This document shows positions 49,309 to 57,887 of a stretch of 64,000 nt of DNA, piece by piece. The position numbers were made by a program, and so were the translations under genes. The notes below the pieces were generated by a model. It saw nothing but the letters and a program-made list of their open reading frames with translations, had not been told where the DNA came from and searched no databases. How positions within the stretch are numbered: the stretch's first letter is position 1; each line of letters opens with the position of its first letter. The stretch is from the IMG/VR virus record IMGVR_UViG_3300006735_000014; one strand, given 5' to 3'. This DNA comes from an uncultured virus (IMG/VR IMGVR_UViG_3300006735_000014). Its lineage: Duplodnaviria > Heunggongvirae > Uroviricota > Caudoviricetes.

Positions 49309-51165
49309 TTATACTATCTCACATGCTCCACCAGCACAAGCTAATTCACCTTTAAGATCTGTTTCATCTTCTTCTTCAACAATGTTTGATAAATCTACTT
49401 TTGATAATGATCCCATCATTCGTTCATATGTTTCTTCATCTATATCTTCAAATGGAGCTTGTGTATATGTTCCTCCGTTATATGGTAATACTGATAAACC
49501 ATTATAATGTTCTTTGTTATCCCACATCCACTCACCAGCTGCATCCCATTCATGATCTCTTAATGAAATTGTTGCAGATACATTATGAGTGTTTGAACCA
49601 GCTCTATGTCCTGGTTTGATCCATTCCATTGCAACCTTTTTAACTCTTTCTAATAATTGGAATGGAGATTCTGTTCTCATAATTGCACCTTCAGGAGCTT
49701 TTTGTGGTACTGATATTACAGCTGTATCATGTGGTCTGAAGTATTCATCTTCTACTAGTTCTGGATGATGTTCCATTAAATAATTATATATTGATTCATT
49801 CTTACCTACACGTATTCTTCTAATATAATAATCATTATGCCATGCATGTATACCAGATGATGTTCCTAATGTTAACGAAGTAGTTCCAGCTGGTTTGACT
49901 GTTGTTGATCTTGCGGTTTTATTTATTCCAATTAGTTTTGCAACTCTTGCATTTTCTTCTCTAACAATTTTAGCTGCAGATTTCATATCATATCCTAAAA
50001 CAGTACCAGAACCTATACCTGTCATTGATACACCAATAAGTGCATCCTTTTCAGTTGTTCTTTGCCATACTGGTCTTAAATAATGGAATGCAGTATATCC
50101 TGCTTGAAGTGTTCCTATAAATGAAGCAACTTTAACTCTATTATTAAAATCTTCTTGTGATTCTATATTTGAAACATTTACTTCACAAAGATTACAAAAC
50201 TGGAAAGGTCTTAAGGCAATTTCACAACAAGGATTAGTACCCCAATCTTTATCATTTGATAAATATATTCCTGGTTCTCCGGCCCCACTTTTTTCAACTC
50301 TATCCCAAATATTCATAAAGAACTCTTTGGTAATTTTATGTCTCATAAGAACTGCAGAATTATTTGCTCTACCTCTTTGTGGATTCAATTCCCACCAATT
50401 ACCAGATTTACAAGCAATCATTTCATCATCATGAGCACTAAATAAACTAATTAAAGCAGCCCTTCTAATACCTCCGGCTAAGACTGCATCAGCAATATGA
50501 CAAACAATATCATGAACTTCTAATGTTGATAATTTTTCACCATCTGATTTTTCTTTCAACAATCCTTCAATCTTAACCAAACACTCTTTTAATGGTTGTG
50601 GTCCTGGAGCTTTACCACCTGAAGTAACTAATCTAGCTCCTTTTGGTCTAATGTCTGTATAATCAAATTGTAATTTAGAACCTCCTTGAAAATATGATTT
50701 CATTAATATTTTTACTGCATCTGCCCATCCTTCAATAGAATCGGCAATTAAATATCTTCGTGATCTTTTTGGATTAGGTTTTCTTATTTCTGGTAATTGT
50801 TCTACATGATGTTGTTGGACTGAATAACCTACACCTGTTCCACCTAGTAATAAAAACATTGTTTCTGAAAAAGCTCTCCAATCATCTATTGGAAGGTATG
50901 CACAATTATAAACTCTATTAGGACTTATTTCAATTGGTTTACCTGCAAATTGCATACTCCTCATAGATGGAAGTACTTTCTTATCCTTTACTAATTTATA
51001 TGCCTGCATGATTTCATCTTTCAAGTCAGGATATGTTTTAAGATGCATTGCACGATTTCTGTCAACTAATTCTCTCCATGTTTCTCTCCTATTCTTATTA
51101 GGTAAGAACTTTGCGTACTTCATGTATACTGTAATCTCTGATAGTATTTTTGTAGATATGTCCAT
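49309..51165 (-). CDS. nrdJ: Class II (adenosylcobalamin-dependent) ribonucleotide reductase
   Basis: LPSMR, YNCAY, GGTGVG, TNPCCEI, FCNLCE, VKPAGT, C-terminal ACAGGACE; no beta-subunit gene adjacent. Confidence 0.92.
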   Translation of the reverse strand: MDISTKILSEITVYMKYAKFLPNKNRRETWRELVDRNRAMHLKTYPDLKDEIMQAYKLVKDKKVLPSMRSMQFAGKPIEISPNRVYNCAYLPIDDWRAFSETMFLLLGGTGVGYSVQQHHVEQLPEIRKPNPKRSRRYLIADSIEGWADAVKILMKSYFQGGSKLQFDYTDIRPKGARLVTSGGKAPGPQPLKECLVKIEGLLKEKSDGEKLSTLEVHDIVCHIADAVLAGGIRRAALISLFSAHDDEMIACKSGNWWELNPQRGRANNSAVLMRHKITKEFFMNIWDRVEKSGAGEPGIYLSNDKDWGTNPCCEIALRPFQFCNLCEVNVSNIESQEDFNNRVKVASFIGTLQAGYTAFHYLRPVWQRTTEKDALIGVSMTGIGSGTVLGYDMKSAAKIVREENARVAKLIGINKTARSTTVKPAGTTSLTLGTSSGIHAWHNDYYIRRIRVGKNESIYNYLMEHHPELVEDEYFRPHDTAVISVPQKAPEGAIMRTESPFQLLERVKKVAMEWIKPGHRAGSNTHNVSATISLRDHEWDAAGEWMWDNKEHYNGLSVLPYNGGTYTQAPFEDIDEETYERMMGSLSKVDLSNIVEEEDETDLKGELACAGGACEIV

Positions 51166-51250
51166 TATGTTTCCTTTTTTTTCATTAAATTATTTGGATA
51201 AAACGTAAAAAAGTTGTAACCTTTATTAATAACGCTCATCTTATTTTCAT

Positions 51251-51260
51251 ATATAAATAT
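51251..51260 (-). promoter_or_regulatory. ATATTTATAT motif upstream of nrdJ
   Basis: Core of the candidate late motif in the helicase-nrdJ gap. Confidence 0.4.
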
Positions 51261-51310
51261 AGGTTGAGCGCGCATTCCAGTTCGTTTTTGACAGAAAAAG
51301 TTAAACTTTT

Positions 51311-52666
51311 TTATTCAAAACCTTCATTTGAAATTTCTTGGTATTTACGTGCTAATAATTTTCTCGTAAGCTCATTACCTCCATCCATTTGCTTTTGTGT
51401 ATCCTTCCCACCTACTGACGTTTCTGCATATAAATGAAATTGTCCATTAGATGTATTCATTTTTGATGGTAATGTAATTCCATCAGGTCCAAATCTATTT
51501 TTAATAACATGCCATCTTCCAGTACCTGCCAATTTATCTGCTACCTTTCTAGATAATGATAATACAAAATCAGCAACCATTACTTTACCATATGATTCTG
51601 ATATCTTACTTGCATCAATAATATCTTCTTCTAGAGCCGATCTATTTGCTTGAGATGCTGTCCAAACTGGTATTTCATATTCTCCGGCCATACCTCTCAA
51701 GTCTTCATATATACCTTCAAGTTCATGTCTCTTTTCTTGTCCATGTCCTCTCAATAGATCTGCATAATCAACTATAATCACATCTGGTTTTTTACCTTGC
51801 ATTATACATTTTTCAACATGTGCTCTAACACCCATTACAGATACAGACTTTGTTGGATAATGTTTAATAATTAATTCACCTTTTAACTGAGATAATTGTT
51901 CTTTTATATCTTCTTGATAATGTTTCAAATTTTGATTGGCAATACCTGTTATAACTGAATCATATCTTAATCCAACATATGCTTCATTCAACTCTAATGT
52001 ATAATGTAATACTGTTTTGCCTTTCTTGACCGCATCTGCTCCGACATTCATTAATGCCCATGATTTACCAATTCCTGCAGGAGCAACCATTACACCAAGT
52101 TCACCTTTACCTAAACCACCATCTGTTAGTTCATTTATAACTTCCCATGGAGTAGGTTGTACATCTCTAACTGCATCTGTATATCGTTCATCTATACTTG
52201 TCATATAATCATGTCCAATATCTTTATCCGCTCCAGCTTTTAAAGCTTCATCAACTTTTGCTTTGATCCCATCATAGTCACCATTCTTTAATAATTCTAC
52301 AGATCCTAAAATAGCTTTTTTAATTTCTTGGTTTTTACAAAAATCCATTGCCTGATCTTTGATATATTCTAAATCAGGTGATTCTGTATATTTCCATGCA
52401 TCCTTAAGATGTGCAACTACTTGTTCTTTTAGTACATCATGGTCAACTTTTTCAAGTTTAACTTTCATCACTTCCAATGTAGGAGATGATTTATATTCTT
52501 TAAAGTATTCTAAAATTGTATCTATAATCCAGGCATTGGCATCAGATTCAAAATAACCTGAGACCATAATATCTGAAATTTGTTGTAGGAATGATTTATC
52601 TACTAGTAATGCTGTAATTACCTTTATCTGAAATGCGTATCCGTACGAACTTAATCTATCTGTCAT
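51311..52666 (-). CDS. Replicative DnaB-like helicase (T4 gp41-like)
   Basis: APAGIGKS Walker A, TLEL, IVDYADLL, WTASQANR, KNRFG. Confidence 0.93.
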   Translation of the reverse strand: MTDRLSSYGYAFQIKVITALLVDKSFLQQISDIMVSGYFESDANAWIIDTILEYFKEYKSSPTLEVMKVKLEKVDHDVLKEQVVAHLKDAWKYTESPDLEYIKDQAMDFCKNQEIKKAILGSVELLKNGDYDGIKAKVDEALKAGADKDIGHDYMTSIDERYTDAVRDVQPTPWEVINELTDGGLGKGELGVMVAPAGIGKSWALMNVGADAVKKGKTVLHYTLELNEAYVGLRYDSVITGIANQNLKHYQEDIKEQLSQLKGELIIKHYPTKSVSVMGVRAHVEKCIMQGKKPDVIIVDYADLLRGHGQEKRHELEGIYEDLRGMAGEYEIPVWTASQANRSALEEDIIDASKISESYGKVMVADFVLSLSRKVADKLAGTGRWHVIKNRFGPDGITLPSKMNTSNGQFHLYAETSVGGKDTQKQMDGGNELTRKLLARKYQEISNEGFE

Positions 52667-52669
52667 ACT

Positions 52670-52701
52670 TTAATATAATAATTTTTTTTCTAAAATCCTA
52701 A
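52670..52701 (-). promoter_or_regulatory. Host-sigma-type promoter TTAG-N20-TATATTAA upstream of the helicase
   Basis: 20-nt spacer; very close to the start codon, suggesting a short leader. Confidence 0.55.
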
Positions 52702-53768
52702 TCTTTTCGCATTTGAATATACGCGTTAAGAGTATTAAATGATGTTGCAAGCCAAGTATCTAAATCTTTAATGACTGTATACATTTTATCTTGCATAAAC
52801 ATCTTTTTAAATTGGAATGTATTTAACTTATCTACTGTTCCTGTAACCTTATCATGTATCATCATCTTTATAGAACCGGCAATATCAACCTCTTTGAGTT
52901 GCATAAGAGAATGGTTCAAGTCAACCTGGTCCTCTGATTCTACTACGGACTTATAGATTTTGTAGCGACCTTCATCTGCTCCATCTTTTGCATGATTTAT
53001 AATTTCATGTATTGGTACATGTCTATTTTCTGTAATCATTGGAAAAAATTTCTTCAATGATTTTAATGCAACTCCTTTAACTCCAGGAATATTATCTGAC
53101 TTATCACCTAGGAATGTTCTATATAATAAATAATTTGAAGCGTTAATTCCAAATTCTTCTTGCATTAATCTTGGATTGTACATTTTCTTTTTGATTGGAC
53201 TCCAAACAGATATCCTATCATTTACTAATTGTAAAAAATCTCTATCTGTAGATACAATTTGTACTTTTTGATTTGGTTCTGTATATACTTCGTTTGCAAT
53301 ATATGCTATTGCATCATCAGCCTCAATATTATCAACCGCTAACATTGTAATTGGTAAACAATTTAAATATTCAACTAATCTACCAAATTGTTTTTTCATG
53401 GAATCTGACTCATCTTCTTGTGTTGCAAATTCTTTATATCTGTTAAATGCTGTTTTTACAGCTCTATTTGCTTTATAATCTGGATAAATCTTTTTTCTAC
53501 GTTTAGATCCACCTTTACCATCAAAACAAACAATTACTCTTGTCGGCTTTAATAAACGAATATTTGCAGCTAATGATCTTAAAAATCCTGTAACACCACC
53601 AATATGATCTCCATCATCATTTAATGCAGGAACTGCGGAGAATACTCTAATAAAGGTATTAAGACCATCGAGTATTAATATCTTACTATTAATATCCGAT
53701 GGTCTACCTTCTTGATGTTCCCTAACAACATCTTGGAAAAACTTTTGAAGTTGCTTATGATTCTTCAT
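52698..53768 (-). CDS. 5'-3' exonuclease / flap endonuclease (T4 RNase H-like)
   Basis: ILDGLN, FDGKGG, YKANR, EADD, STDRDFLQL, GDKSDNIPGVKG. Confidence 0.93.
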   Translation of the reverse strand: MKNHKQLQKFFQDVVREHQEGRPSDINSKILILDGLNTFIRVFSAVPALNDDGDHIGGVTGFLRSLAANIRLLKPTRVIVCFDGKGGSKRRKKIYPDYKANRAVKTAFNRYKEFATQEDESDSMKKQFGRLVEYLNCLPITMLAVDNIEADDAIAYIANEVYTEPNQKVQIVSTDRDFLQLVNDRISVWSPIKKKMYNPRLMQEEFGINASNYLLYRTFLGDKSDNIPGVKGVALKSLKKFFPMITENRHVPIHEIINHAKDGADEGRYKIYKSVVESEDQVDLNHSLMQLKEVDIAGSIKMMIHDKVTGTVDKLNTFQFKKMFMQDKMYTVIKDLDTWLATSFNTLNAYIQMRKD

Positions 53769-54909
53769 TCACGAATTCTTCATCTATTTCAACATCATCT
53801 ATTCCAATATTGTCACCAGGTTTGTATGTTAATATATACGCATTACAAATAGCATTGTATATCTCATCCTTCAATTCCGGATCAGCTTCAAGTTTACCTT
53901 GAAAGTCTTTTGATAAGAATTTTACATCTGTACCATCTGCTTTTGTATATGTATACCACGCACCTGCTGTACTCACCAATTTATGTTGTTTCATAACATT
54001 TAACCAGCCACCAAAATTATCTATTCCACTTTCAAAGTAAATATCATAATCGATAGTCTTTAAAGGTGGACCCATTCTATTTTTAATAACTTGGCATCTA
54101 GTTTTGATACCAACAGTTTGATCAACGCCATCTTTTTTGACTTTGATTTGCCCTACTGATTTCAATCGTAACCGTACTGATGAGTGAAATGGAATTGCTT
54201 TTCCACCACTTGTTGTCCAAGGATCACCAAATGCTACACCTAGTCTTGAACGAAGCTGATTAGTAAACAATAAGGCAATTCGTTGTCTACCAATAAGATT
54301 TGTAATCTTACGCATACCTTTTGATAATATGATAGCTTTGGACGTTGCCCAACCATCTTTATCATAATCTGCTGCTTGCTCAATCTTTGTTGAAGCACCC
54401 ATTACTGAATCAACGACAATTGTTACCAATCGGTCTTTGTTAGATTTTCTAACTGATTCAATAATACTTTCAATTGCTTCAAAGATATCTTCAATAGCAT
54501 CTAATGGAACATAGAGCATTTTTTCCAGGTCTAATCCAATTGCTTCGAGAAACTCTCTACTAACTGCATTTTCTGTATCAATATAAACGGCTAACCCACC
54601 TTGCTTTTGCGTATCTGCTAAAGCATGAGCTGCCAATAATGATTTACCTGAAGCTTCTAATCCTGTTATCTCAGTTATTCTGCCAACTGGAAAACCTCCA
54701 TTTTGTCTATTTGAGATTGCTAAATCTAGCATAGAAGAGCCTGTACCTACCCAACCACCTACTTCACTAGGTGAATCTGTATCTCCGTCTAGGAAATATG
54801 CAACTTTATAGTTAGTATTTTTAAATTTCTTGTTAAGTCCTTCTCTAATACTTTCTCCTAAAGCTGTTGCTAGCTCGTCTGCTTGTTGTGCTTTACTTTT
54901 CTTTGCCAT
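53755..54909 (-). CDS. recA: RecA/UvsX recombinase
   Basis: GRITEITGLEASGKS, IDTE, VVDSV, FTNQLR, TSGGKA..FHSSVRL, KNR. Confidence 0.93.
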   Translation of the reverse strand: MAKKSKAQQADELATALGESIREGLNKKFKNTNYKVAYFLDGDTDSPSEVGGWVGTGSSMLDLAISNRQNGGFPVGRITEITGLEASGKSLLAAHALADTQKQGGLAVYIDTENAVSREFLEAIGLDLEKMLYVPLDAIEDIFEAIESIIESVRKSNKDRLVTIVVDSVMGASTKIEQAADYDKDGWATSKAIILSKGMRKITNLIGRQRIALLFTNQLRSRLGVAFGDPWTTSGGKAIPFHSSVRLRLKSVGQIKVKKDGVDQTVGIKTRCQVIKNRMGPPLKTIDYDIYFESGIDNFGGWLNVMKQHKLVSTAGAWYTYTKADGTDVKFLSKDFQGKLEADPELKDEIYNAICNAYILTYKPGDNIGIDDVEIDEEFVNEES

Positions 54910-54924
54910 ATATAACCTTTAATT

Positions 54925-55707
54925 TTATTCATTAAACAAATCATCAAATGCTGCTGAAACATCATCTACTTTGTTAACACCTTCTTTAACTGCATCTTCT
55001 TTCTTTGCTACTGGTTCTGCTGGTGTAGATGCAGGATCTGTAGTTGCATCATCTCCATCTGGATTCAACCAATTTGCTAAAGCTTCTTTTAATTCATCAT
55101 ATGATGGCTCTTTAAAAATATCTTTAAGATTAGGTTGATTCTTTGCACAAGCTTCTGCAACATTTTTGTCTTCAGTTAAAGCTGTAACATTAGGCTTTAC
55201 TCTAATTGCTGTTTTAGGAAATTGTCCTGGACCTTCTGCTGGTGTAAATTCAACTAAGATATCTCTACCATTCATTGGATCTGTAATGTCACCATAATCT
55301 GGATCAGCTATTACTCCTAAAAGTTCTTGATAAACTAGTTTACCAAATCCCCAAAATTTAACACCTTCTGATTCTTTTCCTCTAACTAATACAGGAACAT
55401 AAGTTCTCATTTTAGGTTCCATTTTCTTACCTAATTTCCATTCGTCTGAATTACCAGAAGATTTTAATTTTTCAGAAAATTCAACAACTGGATCTGGTCT
55501 ACCATGAGTTACTGGTGATAAAAAGTTTTTCTTACCTAAGTCATAGTGAAAGTACAATTCATTGAATGGATTGTCTTTGTTGTGCTGATAAGGTACGATT
55601 CTGATTATTTGTTTGCCTGGTTCAGGCTTCCATAAGTTTGACGTTCTATTATTCGTCGTTTGTAATTGATTAAGCTTTGCCTTAATCGCGTCTAAGTTAA
55701 TTGCCAT
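54925..55707 (-). CDS. Single-stranded DNA-binding protein (T4 gp32-like)
   Basis: LWKP..G...IRIVP, HY, GVKFWGFG, DITDPMNGRD, acidic tail AFDDLFNE; next to recA. Confidence 0.85.
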   Translation of the reverse strand: MAINLDAIKAKLNQLQTTNNRTSNLWKPEPGKQIIRIVPYQHNKDNPFNELYFHYDLGKKNFLSPVTHGRPDPVVEFSEKLKSSGNSDEWKLGKKMEPKMRTYVPVLVRGKESEGVKFWGFGKLVYQELLGVIADPDYGDITDPMNGRDILVEFTPAEGPGQFPKTAIRVKPNVTALTEDKNVAEACAKNQPNLKDIFKEPSYDELKEALANWLNPDGDDATTDPASTPAEPVAKKEDAVKEGVNKVDDVSAAFDDLFNE

Positions 55708-55745
55708 TTTTTTATTCCTTTTTTTTAATGGTTAATAATTAATAA

Positions 55746-55777
55746 TTAATATAACAACTTTATTTCAGTAATCCTAA
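55746..55777 (-). promoter_or_regulatory. Host-sigma-type promoter TTAG-N20-TATATTAA, proximal to ssb
   Basis: 20-nt spacer, intergenic. Confidence 0.6.
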
Positions 55778-55865
55778 TGATTTATCAAAAAAGTTGTAAA
55801 AAAGTTTTTATTTTTTATTTTTTAATTTTGAGTTTAATTATGGCTAAACTCTAATCCTTTTTATT

Positions 55866-55902
55866 TAATATAAATATAATGAAAATATTTCATATATCCT
55901 AA
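55866..55902 (-). promoter_or_regulatory. Distal ssb promoter TTAG-N20-TATATTTA overlapping an ATATTTATATTA motif
   Basis: Both motif classes coincide here (55871-55902 and 55866-55877). Confidence 0.5.
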
Positions 55903-55906
55903 TTTT

Positions 55907-56224
55907 TTATTCAAATTCTCCAAGTGCATCTTGCATTGTAGTTATTAAAGCATTTTCTTCAGTACTTGAAAGCTTTGTACCATCTAAATATTTATCATAT
56001 TCTTTTTCTAAACCTGCATCTTCAATATACTGATTTAATATTTCTAATGAATTTTCATCACTATAGTCGTAAATTGAATTATATACAGCTTGAACTTTTG
56101 GGTTTGCATTTTCTTTTATTAAAGTAGCATCATTGCTTCTTGTTTTACCTTCAAACAATTGTTTGTATTTTTTACCTAAATTCATTTTTTTTTGTTCTTT
56201 TTTATAGTGTTCTGAATATCCCAT
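55907..56224 (-). CDS. Hypothetical protein, possibly virion-associated
   Basis: 105 aa; YKQLFE and LIKE motifs. Confidence 0.55.
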   Translation of the reverse strand: MGYSEHYKKEQKKMNLGKKYKQLFEGKTRSNDATLIKENANPKVQAVYNSIYDYSDENSLEILNQYIEDAGLEKEYDKYLDGTKLSSTEENALITTMQDALGEFE

Positions 56225-56616
56225 TATACATCAAATCTTTTATATAACTCTAATACTATTCTACGGTATCCTTCATTATTAGTTAAGAGTAAACTATTTT
56301 TATAATTTTCCCATGCAATAATAAATGTTTTATCTAGAACTCCATTATTAACTGTTTTAATAATTTCATTTAATGCATTAACTGTATACAATGTATTTGT
56401 ATCTTTCTTTCTATGAATTAAAATTGTATTAGGTGTTTTTTTGTAATCTTCTTTAGGATCTACATTGTATGTAACATAAACATCATTTGGCTTATCTGCA
56501 TCATTAAACACAAAGATTTTTTTCTCTACGATTGTGTAACTTTTTTTAACATAATCGACTATGAGATTTAAATCCTTTCTATGAGCGAATGTACATAATA
56601 AATTTGTTCTTGCCAA
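56224..56616 (-). CDS. Hypothetical phage protein
   Basis: TTG start; LLCTF, VTYNV, HRKKDTNTLYTVNALN; late-type motif upstream. Confidence 0.7.
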   Translation of the reverse strand: MARTNLLCTFAHRKDLNLIVDYVKKSYTIVEKKIFVFNDADKPNDVYVTYNVDPKEDYKKTPNTILIHRKKDTNTLYTVNALNEIIKTVNNGVLDKTFIIAWENYKNSLLLTNNEGYRRIVLELYKRFDV

Positions 56617-56640
56617 AATCTTCTTCCTGTTTATTATTCT

Positions 56641-56651
56641 ATTATAAATAT
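56641..56651 (-). promoter_or_regulatory. Candidate late-promoter motif ATATTTATAAT
   Basis: Intergenic, upstream of 56616. Confidence 0.5.
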
Positions 56652-56679
56652 CAACTTTTATACTGAAACCTATAGTCTC

Positions 56680-57870
56680 TTAACCAAATATTGTTTTTAG
56701 ATTACCTTTAATAGATCCTCCTGAAACATTTAATGCATCTGCAGATTCTGAATCTATAGCAGTAATATCTATTTTATGAAAATGTACATCTGCTTTTCCT
56801 GGAATTACATTTGCAATATATCCCATTTGTCCTGGTTTGCTACCATATTTATTTGCTGCAAGCATTTGTAATACTTGTACTGCAAGTTCATCAGGTGTTG
56901 ATGATTTAGATAATCTATTAACATTTATCTCTACTTTTGACTTTCGACCTGAAGCTTCAAAAGATTTTTCCATATCATCAAATACTGAATTGGCATTCTT
57001 TATCATATCTGTAAATATACTATCTGATCCGAATATTTCTTCTAATTTTTCTAATCCTGGTAAATTTAGAAAAGTAAATAAAGAAGTTCCTGCTTCTACT
57101 ATATGTTTTTTACCAAATGTTATTTCTGTTATTGGATTAGCCACAGACCCCTCCTTAAAAGCTTTTGTTAATGCATGTATTCCAAATATATTTTGCACAA
57201 TTCTTCTTTCTAGTTTCATGTCTGACCACCTACCTAATCCAGTAATTCTAGAATGACTAGGATATGATTTTACTTCAACAGCCTTTTTGTCTATTCTTAA
57301 ATCGGGTGCACCTGAGCCTTCTTGAGTAGTATCTTCTGCTCTATTTGCCGAACCTTGTTGGAAATTAAACAACCAATACAATGCAATCTCACCTTTACCT
57401 ATAATTGCTAGATTATTATTTTCTGCCCATAATTCCTCAAATATTTCAATATCTTCTTTTTGCCATGCACCTACTAATGGTCCTGAATCGTTTGGTACAC
57501 TATATTTACCTTTTACCATTGGAATTACTTGAACTTGTAATCTTCTTTTGATTGCCTCATCATAATCAGTTGATGTTCCTGTACGTTCTTTTTCCTCTGA
57601 TTGAGTAGTATCAACATCTAGTTCATCTTTGCCTGGTATAAATTGATCGTCTGCTGGTGCTTCTTTTACAGGCTTTGCATCATTAAATGCTTGGTCTAAT
57701 TGAAAATCATCTTCTGTTAATGATTTGATAATAGGTATTGCATTTATTCCTTGTTCTATTAACACTTCTTTTAAAACATGGAGCTCGTCTTGGTTATATG
57801 GTTTTATCGCATAACCATTAGGTAGTCTGTAAAACCACTCTGTTAATATGTCATTTACGTTTCTTTGCAT
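56680..57870 (-). CDS. Hypothetical protein with a PD-(D/E)XK-like motif
   Basis: GKGEIAL...APDLRIDKKAVEVKSY; N-terminal ILTE...LTE segments. Confidence 0.55.
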   Translation of the reverse strand: MQRNVNDILTEWFYRLPNGYAIKPYNQDELHVLKEVLIEQGINAIPIIKSLTEDDFQLDQAFNDAKPVKEAPADDQFIPGKDELDVDTTQSEEKERTGTSTDYDEAIKRRLQVQVIPMVKGKYSVPNDSGPLVGAWQKEDIEIFEELWAENNNLAIIGKGEIALYWLFNFQQGSANRAEDTTQEGSGAPDLRIDKKAVEVKSYPSHSRITGLGRWSDMKLERRIVQNIFGIHALTKAFKEGSVANPITEITFGKKHIVEAGTSLFTFLNLPGLEKLEEIFGSDSIFTDMIKNANSVFDDMEKSFEASGRKSKVEINVNRLSKSSTPDELAVQVLQMLAANKYGSKPGQMGYIANVIPGKADVHFHKIDITAIDSESADALNVSGGSIKGNLKTIFG

Positions 57871-57872
57871 TT

Positions 57873-57883
57873 ATTATAAATAT
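57873..57883 (-). promoter_or_regulatory. Candidate late-promoter motif ATATTTATAAT
   Basis: In the 17-nt gap immediately before the 57870 start. Confidence 0.5.
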
Positions 57884-57887
57884 GTAG

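Noticed and set aside
51295..51312. AAAAAGTT/AACTTTTT inverted repeat after the helicase gene as a terminator
   Set aside because: The stem is almost all A/T with essentially no loop; too weak to call.
43085..54909. Inteins or introns in PolB, RNR, helicase or RecA
   Set aside because: Protein lengths are ordinary, motifs are contiguous, and no intein or homing-endonuclease signatures were seen.
51207..55799. Identical 13-mer AAAAAAGTTGTAA in the nrdJ leader (51207-51219) and ssb leader (55787-55799)
   Set aside because: Only two copies of a low-complexity word in very AT-rich DNA; cannot be separated from chance without a statistical test.
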